Assembly (NCBI GenBank): GCA_964016885.1
Contig: OZ024751.1
Location: 21,824,001 to 21,888,000 of the forward strand
Reading direction: 5' to 3'
DNA length: 64,000 nt
From: Eledone cirrhosa
Lineage: Eukaryota
This document shows, piece after piece, positions 1-14,259 of the stretch. Position 1 is the first letter of the stretch; each line of letters starts with the position of its first letter. The position numbers and the translations under genes are program-made. The notes under the pieces are model-generated. The model was not told the origin of the DNA and did no database searches. It worked only from the letters and a program-made list of their open reading frames with translations.

Positions 1-3000
1 CTGTGGGTGGCCCCCATTGCGTACTGTTGTAGTTGTTGTAGAAGAAACAGGAAGACAACATCTAATCTAATAAGCAACAAATTATCCGCCACAAACCCTA
101 CACCAACAGTCAGCAGGAGGTTTGCTTTACCTTTTATCTCCTGCATCTCCCAATGCATTGAGTACTCCCATGATTAGTGGTTTCCCTGGTCTCAGCAGCG
201 CAGACTCTATATAATTAATTATACATATTTAACTATATATATATATATGTATTAATTATATATAAATAATTAATTCGAGTATATAATATGTAATATAATA
301 TTATTATATAATATATTATATTATTTATTATTTTTTTTAAAGTTAGCGCGCACGTCAATGATGATTTTGCCACGATAGCATTGACATTTGGAACTGGTGT
401 CACTAAAGCAGCAAAAACTGTTTTCTAACTTACCTCCACTTGCCAACACTATTTTACAATATCGTAAGCGATATACAGTTTATTTATTCCCGTGTGTGCA
501 GTAATTATTTAATCATAAACTCTACAAAAACCCTTAGGAAATTACATGTTTATTTCCTTATAAATTCCACACCCCCACCCCAACATACTAAAATAAAAAA
601 TAACATTAATAGTTAAATAAATAAAAGAAACGGATATATATATATATTTTTTTTTTGTTGCAAAGTTTAAAGCAACATGATGGCGAATGATTTAGAAATA
701 TTACGAAATCTAAATAGATTTTTTTTTCGTAACCAAATTTCATTTCGAATATTGTCGGCATTTAAATATGTTATTAATATTATCTAATGGCTTATTAATA
801 TTATTATTATTTACTATCTTTCTCGTATTCAGTAGAACCACCACCGGCTCCCTCTCTTGCGAAACGAGATTTTCAAAAAAAAATTTGTAAATGAAGTAAA
901 ATAAAATAAAATTTCTAAATAACGTATTTTATTTTACAGAAAACGTTTATATTTTTATTTCATTGACAATAGATCTCCTTTGAAAAACAAAAGAAAATGA
1001 CAATATTTCGTCCGATTCGCCAAATTAAATTACGTATAATAAATATATACACGTTCCTTCGTTTGTGTAAGTGTGAATCGGGCGAGATAATTTGTTAGTT
1101 TTCTTATTTCGAGCGCTATTTGTCGGTAAATAAATTAAATAATGGTTTCTGATTTAGGCACAAGGCCAACACTATTTGGGGAAGGGGAAAGTCGATTAAA
1201 TCGACCCCAATGCGTCACTGATACTTTATTAAATAAGGACGAAAGGCAAAGCTAACCTTGACGAGATTTGAACTCAGAACGTAAATAAATTAAATAATGG
1301 AAGGGCAGGGTAGACTACGTGTGTGTGTGTGTTTTGAACGAATATGGCTTTTATAACTAATTTTCTGTGGGGTCCCTCCCTTCCGGACAAATTAAAAGAT
1401 TATCTCAGGTGCGCTCCCAGGATAAAATTGACACCCAGAAAATCTTCGCAAGTTATATATGTGTGTGTTGAACATTGAAAGTAAAATAAAATCGAATATA
1501 GGTTCATTGTTTTACGATCATTTGTGAGGGCTGACTGATGGTAGATTGATATATCGTCTAGCAGATAGTAATTATGTCACTCTCTATATAAGCAGGTGGA
1601 CATCAGTATATATATATAATGTGTGTGTAGTATGGAATATCTGTAAACATTTCCCATCATGGGATATTTGTTCAAATCTTTCTTGGATTTAATTAAAAAA
1701 CTTTCAAACAAAAATATATTGGAAGCAAAGGTGTGAAATAAAATATATAATGTTTATGATTTGCAAAGGGGATGAACACAAGAGCCAGAAGAAAAAAAAA
1801 GATACGGGAGAAAGCATGTACATTATTTATTACACACAAAGTACCAGTAATACACTAGAATAATTGCTGGCCTTGTGCCAAAAGTAGAAACAATGATTTA
1901 TTACACACTTCAAACGAGAAAAATACCGGTAGTTGCCTTCTAGTCTAGAAGTTCTAGAAATTATTTGGGCAAGCCAAGATACGTCATTCACAAAGATTGA
2001 TATGCTGCTACATTGAATTAAATTATTACTTAAATAATCTTTCTATTTTCACACATGTCATAATTGTACCGCAAAACATTGTCGCTTTTCACATTACATA
2101 ATGTATATATGAACTACACTGCCTACCTACATACATATTGCCTCGACCTGCTAGAAATAGTAGCCAAAAATTACCACAAATATAATGCTACTGTCTTAAA
2201 TAAGGAAGAGACAGACACATGAAACATTGTAGAGATGGTCATAGTTAAAATAACTTTGATTATAGGGCTTTTAGGGATGGGGTACTTCTTCAAGATATAC
2301 TAAAAAGATTACGTGTAAAAACTTAATCCAGACGAGTTTTTCGATCGATCAACTCAATACATAAATTAAATCTCCGTCCATACGAACCTATAACATTTTT
2401 TTTTGTTAAATTTAAGGTATTGAATAAAAAAATATTTATTGTTTGGTTTTACATAGATTGTTGTATGCGAATTAAACCAATTTCTGTACATTTTGTATCT
2501 ATCAACATAAATCAATATTATTTAACAAATTTTACTGTTATTTTTAATTCAATAAAATGTTAGTATTTCCCCTCGTGGCTTTATTTTCGTTAACCAACCA
2601 TCCACTTCTAAGTGGATTCTCGACCTGCTAGAAACAGTAGCTAAATGTCATTCAAGTCACACCCGAAGATCTTAAGAGGGGCGAGCACCACACTGGATTA
2701 AAAAAAAGACGTTATGGTCACAACTGAAACGCCTATCATCATAAATCTGCTTTAAAATGGAGAGCACGCGTGCTTTAAGTACTAACTACTGAGAGAAATA
2801 TGATCCCAAATCAAAACTAAGGCAAACTCGTATAATAAATAAACTCGGTGATTAAAAAGGACGATTTTGACCATAACTGACACGTATATATGATATGAGG
2901 TTATGGAGAGAGAAAACAACGGTACATTTCTACGGGATATATAAATCACTCATGAAATTTAATTAATCTGTTAAAGAATAAACTAAAGTTATATTCTCCT

Positions 3001-3019
3001 TTGATGTGTGGTATTTTGT

Positions 3020-3310
3020 CCTGTGGCACCAGTCGACCACCTTATAGGGTGATCTGGGTGCTTTTTGTCGTGACACTTCAGTGTGAGGACAGAGTTCTTT
3101 TTGCCGTGGCACCACCTTAGTGTGGATTGGGTGCTTTTCCTAGTGGCACCTTACAGGGTGGGGTGGATGATTTTTGTCGTAGCACCAGCACAACCACTTC
3201 ATAGGCTGAACTAAGTGTTTTTTGTAGTGGCACCAACACGACCACCTTACAAAGCAGACTGGATGTCTTTTGTCGTGGCACCAGACTACCACCTTATAAG
3301 GTGCACTGAT
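3020..3310. repeat. Degenerate ~46-bp minisatellite from the RTE/SINE tail
   Basis: Repeating gtggcacca...accacctta.agggtgga.tgggtgcttttt. Confidence 0.8.
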
Positions 3311-3503
3311 TATTTTAACTAAATATTTTCTCTTTTATTCAAACATAAAACGCAAGCGAAGTTGCGAACAGTATTTACTAAAAAGCAAAGACGACTGATG
3401 TACGGGTGTAAGACTGAAGCCCTTATCCCTAAAACACTTGCGAGATGACACCCCGTAGGAGGCCAGCTAAACCAACACACGTGAGCTGTAACAACAAAGA
3501 GAG

Positions 3504-3570
<67 letters not shown>

Positions 3571-4739
3571 TTATATAAATTCCTTTCGTCGCAACACTGA
3601 TTCTCTTTAGGCTATCATTCATTCATACATTACAGGGCGAAGAATATGTGTACGTGTAATGTTTCTATTTCATTGAATTTACATAAGTGTAAATTAAACT
3701 ATTTATGTTGAGAGGGTCAGATGAGATAAGATGACTTTGGGTATTTGTTTCGCTCTGTTCTAAATTTAAATCCCGAATTTTGTCATCTTCGAAAAATAAA
3801 ACCGTATCTTTCGTGACTCGGCAAAAACGATGCTATCACACCCACACGACCTCCACCACTTTCTCACACACATGAAATAACTTACCAGCATTCATTTAGT
3901 TTATTGCTTTCTTTCAAGAAAATAAGATTAAAAGAAAAACAAATCCTAGAAATGCAAGAAGATATTTTTTTTTAATTTGAATGATCTAAAAAAATTATTT
4001 GGTCCCTAAGAAATTATTAAAATATTAAAATTTTCGTTTAACAATTTGTATTTTAAACGCGGGTTGGCCTGGCCGGACACCTTTGGATTAACTAAATCTT
4101 CATTCCCCATAATAATCTAAACATTCACTGATTATCATAATTTAACTAGATACATATGTAATGGTGGCATCCCAGCATGGCCTCAGCTTGTCGACTGGAA
4201 CACGTAATAGAGTAATATATATTCATTCTTGTTAATTTTATTTTTCCTCTTTCTTTTACTAAGTTCACAGTCATAAGACTGCGGCCATTCTGGAGCAACG
4301 CCTTGTGTTGTTTTTTTGTTTGTTTGTTTGTTTGTTTTTTCATCTATAGAAGGATGCGTGTACGTGTGTTAGCACACCTAGAAAACCTGTGAAGAAATTA
4401 GTCTAGTAGTCCACAGACGAAGATTATAAACAAATTTAGACAGATATTTTACGAGAAAAGGGGGCGGAAAGTAAAAAAAGAGAAAGATTGGCAAACAGAT
4501 AAAAGCAGAATGAAAAGAAATAATTATTTCACACGCACGCATACAAAGAGAGAGAGAGACGGGGTATTTCTTTACTGAAACTGTATTATAATAACTGTAT
4601 AGCTTTTTTATCCGTCTGTCTGAAACACACGAACGCCCCAATCTGTCAAAATTCTTGAGTCGATATGATTGCATAGGGCCGGGATAGAAATTCTTATGCA
4701 AGATTTCAATGTATTTTCAAAAGTCAAAGGCCTCATTTG

Positions 4740-5165
4740 CTGATGTATGACCGAGGGAGGCACAGGCCCAAGTAAGGTGTTGTTTTGGGGAAGACCAGCA
4801 ATTGCCCATGCATACCAGTCTCCCTTTCACCACGCCACCGATGTAATCCAAAGGAAAGGCAAAGACCAATACTGCTTGGCACCAGTGACGTTGCAACTAA
4901 TATATACACTGTATACACTTTATATATACACTAGAATATATGCCAAATATACACTATGTATGATGTTGTCCAAGGGAAAAGTGAAGGCCAATACAGCTTG
5001 GCACCAGTGAGATGGTAACTCATTTCAACAGCTGAGTGAACTGGAGCAATATGAAATAAAGCGTCTTGCTCAAGGACACAACACACTACCCAGTTTGGGA
5101 ATTGAACTCACAACCTCACGATTGTGAGCCCAATACACTAACCACTAAGTCATGTGCCTTCACAT
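4740..5165 (-). mobile_element. tRNA-derived SINE with internal duplication
   Basis: Reverse of gtgaaggcacatgacttagtggttagtg head and core; tail shared with 11545-11842 and 16030-16170. Confidence 0.75.
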
Positions 5166-5559
5166 TTTCAGTAGTAAGCTGATAATAATGATGAATCTTC
5201 TATCAGTTCCAATGATAATCGTTAAGTCATTTGATCATCTGCTAGTCTGATTCGTGAATTGACACATAATTGGTTGAGTATTCCACAGACATGTATACTT
5301 TGAACGTAATTGTCAGTCAGAATCACTATGACAAAGATGGACCTTTGAATTACAGGCACTACCCAATTTCACTAACAAAACTTGAGTCACCTCAAATTTA
5401 TGGTAAAGACATGTGCTGAAGATGCTACAAAATCAAATTGAACCAGGGACCTCATGGTTGTGAAGCAAACATACTAATCATTCAGCTATGCTTATGTCCA
5501 TACAACAATTTAAGGTTCACTTACACGATATCTCCTATGTATTCTTTCAATTATAGGTA

Positions 5560-6020
5560 CCATCTATTCAACTTGCTTCCAAACAGTTTCCTCGTACCAA
5601 ATTTCACCCACAAGGCTTGCATTAACTTGAGGCTACAGTAAAGATACTTGCTCAAGATGCCTCCGTGAAATTAATCAACAGGCTTCTGGACAGTTTCTAC
5701 CAAATTTCACTCACAAAGGGTTGTGCTGACTCAAGGTTATGGTAAAGACATTTGTTCAGGAAATTGATCGATGGGCTTCCAATCAGTTTCCTTCCATCAA
5801 ATTTCACCCTCAAGGCTTGAGTCCCTGTGAGGCTAGAATAAAGACACTTGCTCAAGATGTCATGCAGTGGAATTGATCGATTGACTTCCAAACAGTTTCC
5901 TTCCACCAAATTTCACCCACACATGAGACTACAGTAAAGACACTTGCTCAAGATACCACGTAGTGGAATTGAACCAGGGACCATGTGATTGCGAAGCAAA
6001 CTTCTTAATCACTCAGACAT
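5560..6020. repeat. Tandem ~80-100-bp SINE-derived repeat
   Basis: Repeating aaacagtttcc...ccaaatttcaccc...agtaaagacacttgctcaagat. Confidence 0.75.
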
Positions 6021-6245
6021 GCAATGGTTGTTAAACTAACTGAACTCTATACAACTCCACTGTACTGGACTGACATTTGAAGCAACATTGAAAGTTTATA
6101 CACTAAACGTTTCAGTAGAATTCACATATCTTCAGCTTAAAGGTTATCTCTGCACACCATATTCCTTCCAATGGATGTAATAGACAACTTTCTGATGTTT
6201 TTCGACTTTTAACTCTTTCAACCATACTATCTATGAAATACACTG

Positions 6246-6618
6246 ATTCTTTTTTCCAAATACTACTTTGGAAGAAGAATCAGGATGGAGAGAGAGGTGC
6301 TGTACCCCAGCAAGTTTTATGAAAGGTGGGTGAAAGTGGCGAGAATGGCCCGGGCCTTCTCTCTATATCAGCCTGTAGGTTGAGGAAAAGGAGGAGGAGA
6401 GGAAAGGAGTACAAACTCTTCGTACTCCTGGAGATGAGGGTTGCACATTTTTTCGGGGGTATGTGTTACCCATATAAACTGTCTCCCCCTATTGGGGAAA
6501 ATCGACTAACTTTTTAAATTGCATTTGTGATAACATTTTACACGTTTTTATTGTATGTAAACTTCCCCCTTTGTATTTGTCCCCTTCTTTTGTGCCCCTG
6601 TGGCTAATAAAGAAACAC
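6246..6618 (+). mobile_element. 5'-truncated L1/Tx1-like LINE end with 17-bp target-site duplication
   Basis: atctatgaaatacactg at 6229-6245 and 6619-6635; RRIRMEREVLYPSKFYERWVKV resembles a Tx1 ORF2 C-terminus; AATAAA at the 3' end. Confidence 0.7.
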
Positions 6619-6919
6619 ATCTATGAAATACACTGCATATATGTTTGTATCAATTTTGAAAATAATACAAAATTTAAATAAAATACATATTTTCGTTATT
6701 AACCCTTTGCTACCAACTGGACCAAAACTATGAAACAAAACCATTCATTTTAAAGGTTTCTATTTAAACTAAAATCTTCAAACATAATTTTAATATGACA
6801 ACCATATCTTAAGTTACTATCTTTGTAATGAAATAATTAATAATTTTAATAAATCCTTCAAAATGTTTCATTAATCAGTTGACATACAGTATATTTCATT
6901 AGAAATACATTCTGATACT

Positions 6920-7435
6920 AGTAATACCACTTTATAGAGTCTACTGTCTGAATGTTGTGGTAACACCAGCCTTACCAATTTACAATGTGTAGTGTGCATT
7001 TTGTGGCACTAGCATTACCACTTTACAGGGTGTACTGGGTGCAGTTTATCATGGCACCAGCAGTATCTCTTTACAGAGTAGACTGAATCAGTTTATCATG
7101 ACACCAGAAGTGTCTCTTTTATTGTGGCACCAACACTACAACTTTATAGAATGGACTAAGTGCATTTTATCACAGCACCAGTACTATCACTTTACATAGT
7201 AGACTGAGTGTAGTTTATCATGGCAGCAGCATTACCTCTTTACAGCATGGAATGAGTGCAGTTTATCACAGCACCAGCAGTATCTCTTTAGAGAGTGGGC
7301 TGGGTGCAGTTTATTATGACACAAACACTACTTCTTTACAGAGTGGATTGAGTGCAGTTTATCATTAAACCAGCACTATCTCTTTACAGAGTGTACTGAG
7401 TGCAGTTTATCATGGCACAAGCACTACCAGTTTAA
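6920..7435. repeat. Degenerate ~47-bp minisatellite (about 10 units)
   Basis: Repeating tttatcatggcaccagcactatctctttacagagtggactgagtgcag. Confidence 0.85.
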
Positions 7436-8184
7436 AGAATATATAAAAGGCATAAGAGAAACTTCCTGAGAAAATCAGTTTAGCTAAATGTTCCGCTGCC
7501 TTCTGCCATGTTTCCCAAACATGACAAGATAATTGTTAGTTTTAACATGATTTCTGCAAATATGAATTCTTCAGGGTCACTTTGACAAAATAATATTTGC
7601 ATCGTGCCAAACACGCTATTTCAGTAATATCAGCATATTAATGTATGTTTTTGATACTAAATATAAATCAGCATCAACTAAAAACAAACTCAGTTATCTT
7701 ATCTCATATAACAACTTCCCCTCCCCCAGCTCTGTTTCTCTCTCCCTCTTTCCATCCTTCCTTAGTTGTCTAACTGACTCATTAGAGGAAGTATAGAATA
7801 GAGGTTCAGTTAGAAAGAGATTAAAAAAGGTAGATAGCAGAACAGAATTCGTGAGAAACAGACAGGGTGTGGGTATGTTCATATATATATATATATTAGT
7901 GTGTCTGTGTATGGGAGTAATGGATGTCTGTATAGGTAACTATCTGAGAGTATGTTTATGTATATGACTTGTATGGATGTATGTGTGTGTGTGAGAAAGA
8001 CAGTAAGTGTAAGTTTCTATTTATGGCTGTGTGAGAACATGTTTGATTGTATGGAGGAGTGTGTCTGTGTGTGGGAGTAATGTATGCCTGCATATAGTTG
8101 TGTGTGTGTATATAACAAGACAGAAATTGTTACCAAAAGGGAGGGAACCAACCTGAACAGTTTATGCTTAAGTAGTTGGCACAA

Positions 8185-8470
8185 TACAGACACAGTCAAC
8201 ACATTAGATGTATTGAGACAATGGCGACACAGTCTATAGTGTTTTATGTTCTATAGAATTGGAGACAAAATACAGATACAGTCTGTAGTGTTCTCTAGAT
8301 GTAGAGACAGTCTATAGTGATTTGTTCTATAGGAGAGACAGTCTAGTGTTTTATTTTTCTGTAGAAGTGGAGACACAATAGAGTCTATAATGTTTGTTCT
8401 ATAGATGTAGAGACACAATACAGACACAGTCTATAGTGTTTTGTGTTCTATACAAGGAGAGACACAGTGT
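8185..8470. repeat. Degenerate ~40-50-bp tandem repeat
   Basis: Repeating gagacacaatacagacacagtctatagtgttt...ttctataga. Confidence 0.75.
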
Positions 8471-9289
8471 ATGATATTTTATAGTATTGATCTTCTTTTG
8501 AAGTTTCATAAAATAAATACAGAAAATTTCCCAGCACATACTGTGTAATTATATATATTAAACATATTTATAAATGTCTAAGAAGTTTGTTTGGAACTAC
8601 ATGGTTCCATGTTTGGCTTCACTGTTCAGCACCTTGGGCTTGTGTCTTATACTGTAACCACAGGCTGACCAATGCCTGGAGAGAGAAGAGTGAAATTTGG
8701 CAGATGGAAGCTTAGTAAAAGCCCATAGTATAACAGAAGCAACAACAATAAACCTTTTAAAGCCATCTTTTCTGCTGAAGCTGAGTTTTGTTAGCTTTTG
8801 TTTATGTAAGGAAAGGTTTCATACAATCTTTTACAGCTGGTTGCCTGTTTCTGGCAGCAACACTTTCAGTTACCTATTGCTATATGCAGGGATATGGTAT
8901 ACCTATTCTAAACTGGATTATATATAAAAAGAAAAAAAAAAACAATGAAGTTTCATTTACATTTTTTTTTATTGAGTATTGACCTGTTACGCACGTTTTG
9001 CAGATGATTGGCTCAAGGTCACTTATGGACACGACTCCAGCATTGATCTGCTTGTCAGACTGGTGATTTAACAAAAAATGTGTTTATGTAGGCATGCCCA
9101 CTTATGTGCGTAAATGTGTGTTTATGCCTGTGTATATTCACTGAATCATCTACACTATACTATATATATATATATATATATAAAATTGTGTGTGTTTATA
9201 CTTGTACTCTCTACTCTATTGTGAGTGTGAATACTCACTTATATATGTGTGTGTATCATCATCATTTTCATACCCTCTTTTCCTGCTAC

Positions 9290-9321
<32 letters not shown>

Positions 9322-10264
9322 TCACCTACATACATACATAAATGTATGTGTGCATGGTTGTCTTCAAGGTACAGCTTATTTATATCCTGTAGTTTAGTGA
9401 TTCAATGAATGAAGACCAGTGGAAATAAGTATTATACTTCAAACAAAATAGAGATGACATCAGGAAGGGTATCTGGTCATAGAATACTGCCTCAAAATGT
9501 CTCATCCAACCCATGCCAGAATGGAAAGTGAGACATAAAAATGCAAGATCATCTGTGAAAGTTACTTGCAGCAGACTAGCACCTCTTCCAGGGGTAGTTT
9601 TATCTTAATCATTTACTTGATGCCTATATAAAGCCAGAGTCAAACACTGGAGCACTGGTTCGCAACTCCCTTACCACTTCACATAAGATACATTTATCAC
9701 AAAACTATTTCTAAATGACATATACTCGATATTTAATAATATTATAACTTCTGCCACGAGTTGCGACCAGTAGATAGTACCACCAATGAAAAGACCAATG
9801 GAAACATTGTTTCTTTGATCTGATTTGAGTAGTTCCACCCTACTCGGTACACAAATAAGGTCTGGGATCTTGTTGATCAATAAATAATAAAAATGTTTTT
9901 GTCACATTTTCCAGGTTGAAATTTACGTAGAAATCCATGTTTATGTTTGTTAACATAGCAACTAACAATTACTTGAGTGTGTGAGTTTATTTGTTTGTGA
10001 TTATAAGAGCATATAAGCATTTTTTTCTCTCTTCCCTGACATGCCACTCTTTCTCTTTCTTTCTTTCTTTCTCTCTACCTGACACTCAGTGTAACTCCTA
10101 CTTGAAACCATACTTTAATCTGCTCTCTCTCTCTCGGCTATGTTGTAAAACAAGTCTTTGTACATAGAAAGTTCCCCTTCTGAGGCACAAGCCCAGGTAA
10201 GGTGGTTTTGTGGAAGACCAGATGTTACCCATGTATACCTATATAGATTAGATAATGAAGATTT

Positions 10265-10357
10265 TGGCACAAAATAATTAATAAACACCAAAGAAAAGTA
10301 TTGAACTTTATTAAGTATTCTTAAATATATTTTATGTAAAATTAACAATCTTTATAC
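10265..10357 (-). terminator. Candidate mini terminal exon (V*) with poly(A) signal
   Basis: cagttttttttctcag|GTA TAA, AATAAA at 10312-10307, then tacttttctttggtgtttattaattattttgtg. Confidence 0.5.
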
Positions 10358-12052
10358 CTGAGAAAAAAAACTGAGTGAAATTGAAATTAAAAAATCCCCA
10401 AAAAACTCTTCGGGTAACAGACAGAAACTAAAAAAAAAAAAAACTTTCCAGAAAAAAATGTTGTTATGGCAAATATTTATTTCAGCAGCAGTTGCTTTTA
10501 AAAGAAACAGCCATGTTAAATATATTGAGATAAAAATAATACATCTCTTAGAACTGAATCATAATTTTAACCCTTATGATGCCAACCCACTTATATATAG
10601 CCATTTCTGGTTCTATGATACATATCTACCCATTTTAAAGAGCTCCTCCTTTAAATTTACTCTTAAACCACATTAATAAGACATCCTTCAGAAGTACAAA
10701 ACAACATAATGACTGCATCACATTAAAAAATTAATCTTTATGCTAATGTAAATTTTTATAATGATCTATCTGTCCACTAGTAAAGACACTAAATATTTGA
10801 ATTTAACAAACCTGTTATTTAAGATATTTTCTGCTAAATTATTACATGATGTTAAAAGTTAAAATCTTCCAGTATAATTTTATATAAGAGCCATATGTTA
10901 AGTTACTATCTCAGTAATGAAATACATTTTTAATTTTAGTAAATCCTTCTAAATTCTTTATTAATTACTTAAAATAGAGTGTATTTCATTAGAAATTCAG
11001 CCATAAAAGGGATAAGTTAGCTTCTTTAAAAACTTGTATGCAAATTACTAATGTTTGATGCTAACCTGCTTGAAACCCTGGTCCTATGATACAAAACTGG
11101 TTATATTTATGTGAATACAAAAGTGATTATATTTATCTGAAAACCTTCCATCATAATCTAATGTAAGACTCATTGTTGAGTTATGCTCTAAATAGCATGA
11201 GAAAGTTACATCACTAAATCTCTTCAAAATGATTTGAAAATCATAAAGAGTGTCTTTCATTAAAGACATTGTAATGAAAGAAGACATTTTTATATTTTCC
11301 TTTTAATCCTTTTGATACCAAACCCGACAAAAATCAACTCTAGTTCTATGAGGCAAAACCTCTCATTTTAAAGGGTTCCTAAATAAATTAAAAGCTTCCA
11401 ACACAAATTTTATTAATGGAAATAATGAATAATTTTAGTAAATCCTTCAATAATTAATTGAAATAGAGAATATTAAAAATATACATTATTTCTAATACCA
11501 TAAATATGGTAAAGTGTTACTCCTGTAATTCATAGGACCCCTTTTGTCATGAATGACCATTGATTTGCACATAGAAGGTTCCCCTCTGAGGCACAAAACC
11601 AGCAGTCAACCATGCATACCAGTCTCCCCCCCACTTCATGCCACCAATGTTGTCCAAAGAGAAAGCGAAGGCCAACCGATACAGCTTGACACCAGTTATG
11701 TCACAACTCATGTCTTCCACTGAGTGAACTGGAACGTGAAAGAAAGTGTCTGACTCATGGATACAATGCACCACTCAGTTCAAGAATCGAACTCACAAAC
11801 TCATGATTGTGAACACAAAATACTAATCACTAAACCATGTGTCTTTATATATCTATTTGTAATTAAATTTTTAATAAGTAAACAGCCTATGTTTCAATTA
11901 ATTTTGAATATAATCAAGATTTTGGAGGGGAGGAGAAATGAAGTATCTGTTAACTTTTATATGCTGGTACATATTATGTTAGTGTAAATAGATATTAACT
12001 GATAAAATTCATACCATGAGATTATTTTGGTCTTGATTTTTAATTAAAATAT

Positions 12053-12239
12053 TTGTTTCTACTTTTGGTACAAGGCCAGCAATTACTCAGTACATTACTG
12101 GTACTTTATTTTATCGACCCCGTAAGGATGAAAGGCAAAGTTAACCTCGGTGGGATTTGAACTCAGAATGGCAAGGGCCGTAACTCTATGCGTCAAAGCA
12201 TGGCGTCCGACCCTCTACCGACGCTGCCAATCCACCGCC
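12053..12239 (-). mobile_element. tRNA-derived SINE (gcctttcatcc...ggtcgataaaataaagtaccag family)
   Basis: Near-identical copy at 17013-17194; partial copies at 1143-1280, 29163-29250 and 39922-40012. Confidence 0.8.
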
Positions 12240-13886
12240 CTTTTTTTAATTAAAATATTAACACTTTAGCATGGATGGGTTGTTATTGTATTTCTAATAA
12301 AATAATACTCTGTACAAAAATTATTATTTCATTAAGATGGCATTTGTAACATAACAAAAGGTTCCTATATCAAATATGTTGGAAGATTTTAATTTAAATA
12401 TGAAACAATTTACTATGTGTGGGTTGGTATTAAAAGTGTTAAAGAAATTTTGTTGAAACAGAATAAATTTAATCAAAAGCCTGGAACAAAACTGTGTATC
12501 CAAAACTTAGCAGCAGCAGCAGTAGTAAAGTCTGCTTACAGCTCTTCTTTGTCAACAAAGACCATTTTCAACTAATTTAGATAGCAATTATATCATCTCA
12601 ACTAATTTAGATAACATTAAATGGTTTTAATTACAGGCAACTTCATCAATTGTTATACATTTTGAAAGTGTAATCTTACACCACAAACAAGATTTGGAGA
12701 AGAGTGAGTTTTTATCATTAACAGATATTTTTTCTCTTCTCTTTTATCTGCATTGTTAGAAAAACTTTAGCAAGAGTGGCTTTCTTGATTAAGCATAATA
12801 AATGATAGTTAACCCTTTTGACACCAACCCAGCTAACACTGGTTCTGGTGCTATGAAATGAAACCACCCATTTAAAATTAATGTCATCCACCATAATTTT
12901 AATATAAGAACCATATGAAAAGTTACTATCTTAGTGATGGTGCCACAAAAAAAAAAAAAAAAGCACCCAGCCCACCCTATAAGGTGGTTGTACTGGTCCC
13001 AAGACAAAAAGCACCTAGTCCGACCTGAATTTGGTAGTGCTAGTGCCATGAAAAAAGTACCCAGTTCACCCTATAAGGTGGTTGGCAGTAGGAAGGACAA
13101 CCAGCTATAGAAAATCAATTGAAAAAATGGAATGTATGAGCAAGATATGGTTATGTGATCTGTCTGGCCTTATAATGTGACAGCTCATCTAACCCATGGA
13201 AGCATGGAAAACAGACATTAGTGATGATGAATATAGAGTCTGTATATTATAGTCATCAGTTAAACTATCTCAAGGACAACCATCAATGGATATTGTTCTT
13301 TTTAATCATTCACAAGCGTAGAGGCTCATCAAGTTAAGGCTTATCCTGGTTTCTGTGGCATTAAGCAAGTAAGAGTACAAGATTCCCACAAGTCCATCAC
13401 AGAGTAAAGACAGTCCTAAACTCGGAGGCTCATAGGGTCAATGCTTATCCCACTTTCCATGGCATGAAGTTACAGTGTACAAGACTACCCCTGGATAGGG
13501 CACCAGTCCATCGCAACGTTAAACCCCCAGTTATTGCTATAACCCATTTTCAGTTGAGTCTACTGGAGCAACGTGAAATGAAGTGTTTTGCTTAAGAACA
13601 CAACACACAACCCAGAATTCATGTTATAATCATAAGTCCAACACTCTTACCACAAGACCACATGCCTACATATAAGATATGGTATGTATAATATAGACAA
13701 CGAACTGGCAGAGCTATTAGAATGTCAGGTAGAATGCTTTGTTCTCAGTTTAAATCTGACTGAAGTCAACTTTGCCTTTCATCCTTTCGAGGTTGATAAA
13801 CAAATTATTAGTGCAGTATTAGAGTCAATTCTTCCTCTAGAAGAAATTGGCTGTGGAACTAGAGGGATGGGCTCCTCCTGGTTTAA

Positions 13887-14102
13887 CCCTTTAGTTACCA
13901 ACACGGCCAAAACTGGCTTTGGTTCTATGAAATAAAGCCACCCATTTTAAATAAAAAATCTTCCAACATAATTTTATAAGAACCTTACATTAAGTTACTA
14001 TCTTAGTAATGAAATAATTAATAATTTTAGTAAATCCCTCAAAAATGTTCATTAGTTAATTAAAATAGAGGGTGTTTCATTAGAAATACAGTCATGAAAA
14101 GG
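13887..14102 (+). mobile_element. piggyBac-type MITE family B
   Basis: TTAA|CCCTTTAGTTACCAA...CATGAAAAGG|TTAA; decayed relatives near 6700, 10575, 10860, 11305, 12810, 24410 and 35385. Confidence 0.75.
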
Positions 14103-14259
14103 TTAAAATGCCCTCACGACTTCATCAGAAGTTATGGGTCCCATTACAGACATATATGTGTATTATAGTTGTCAGTTAGAACAATTGTTGGGTGTTTTCA
14201 TGATAGGGGACCCTAGTTATATCAAGAAAAGCAACCAAAAAAGCACACCACCTAGTTAA

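Noticed and set aside
1-210. GC-richer segment at the window edge
   Set aside because: Probably the end of a repeat, but truncated and unclassifiable here.
3886-3915. CSTF3 exon 4 candidate (KAIN...)
   Set aside because: In-frame stop and wrong length and phase.
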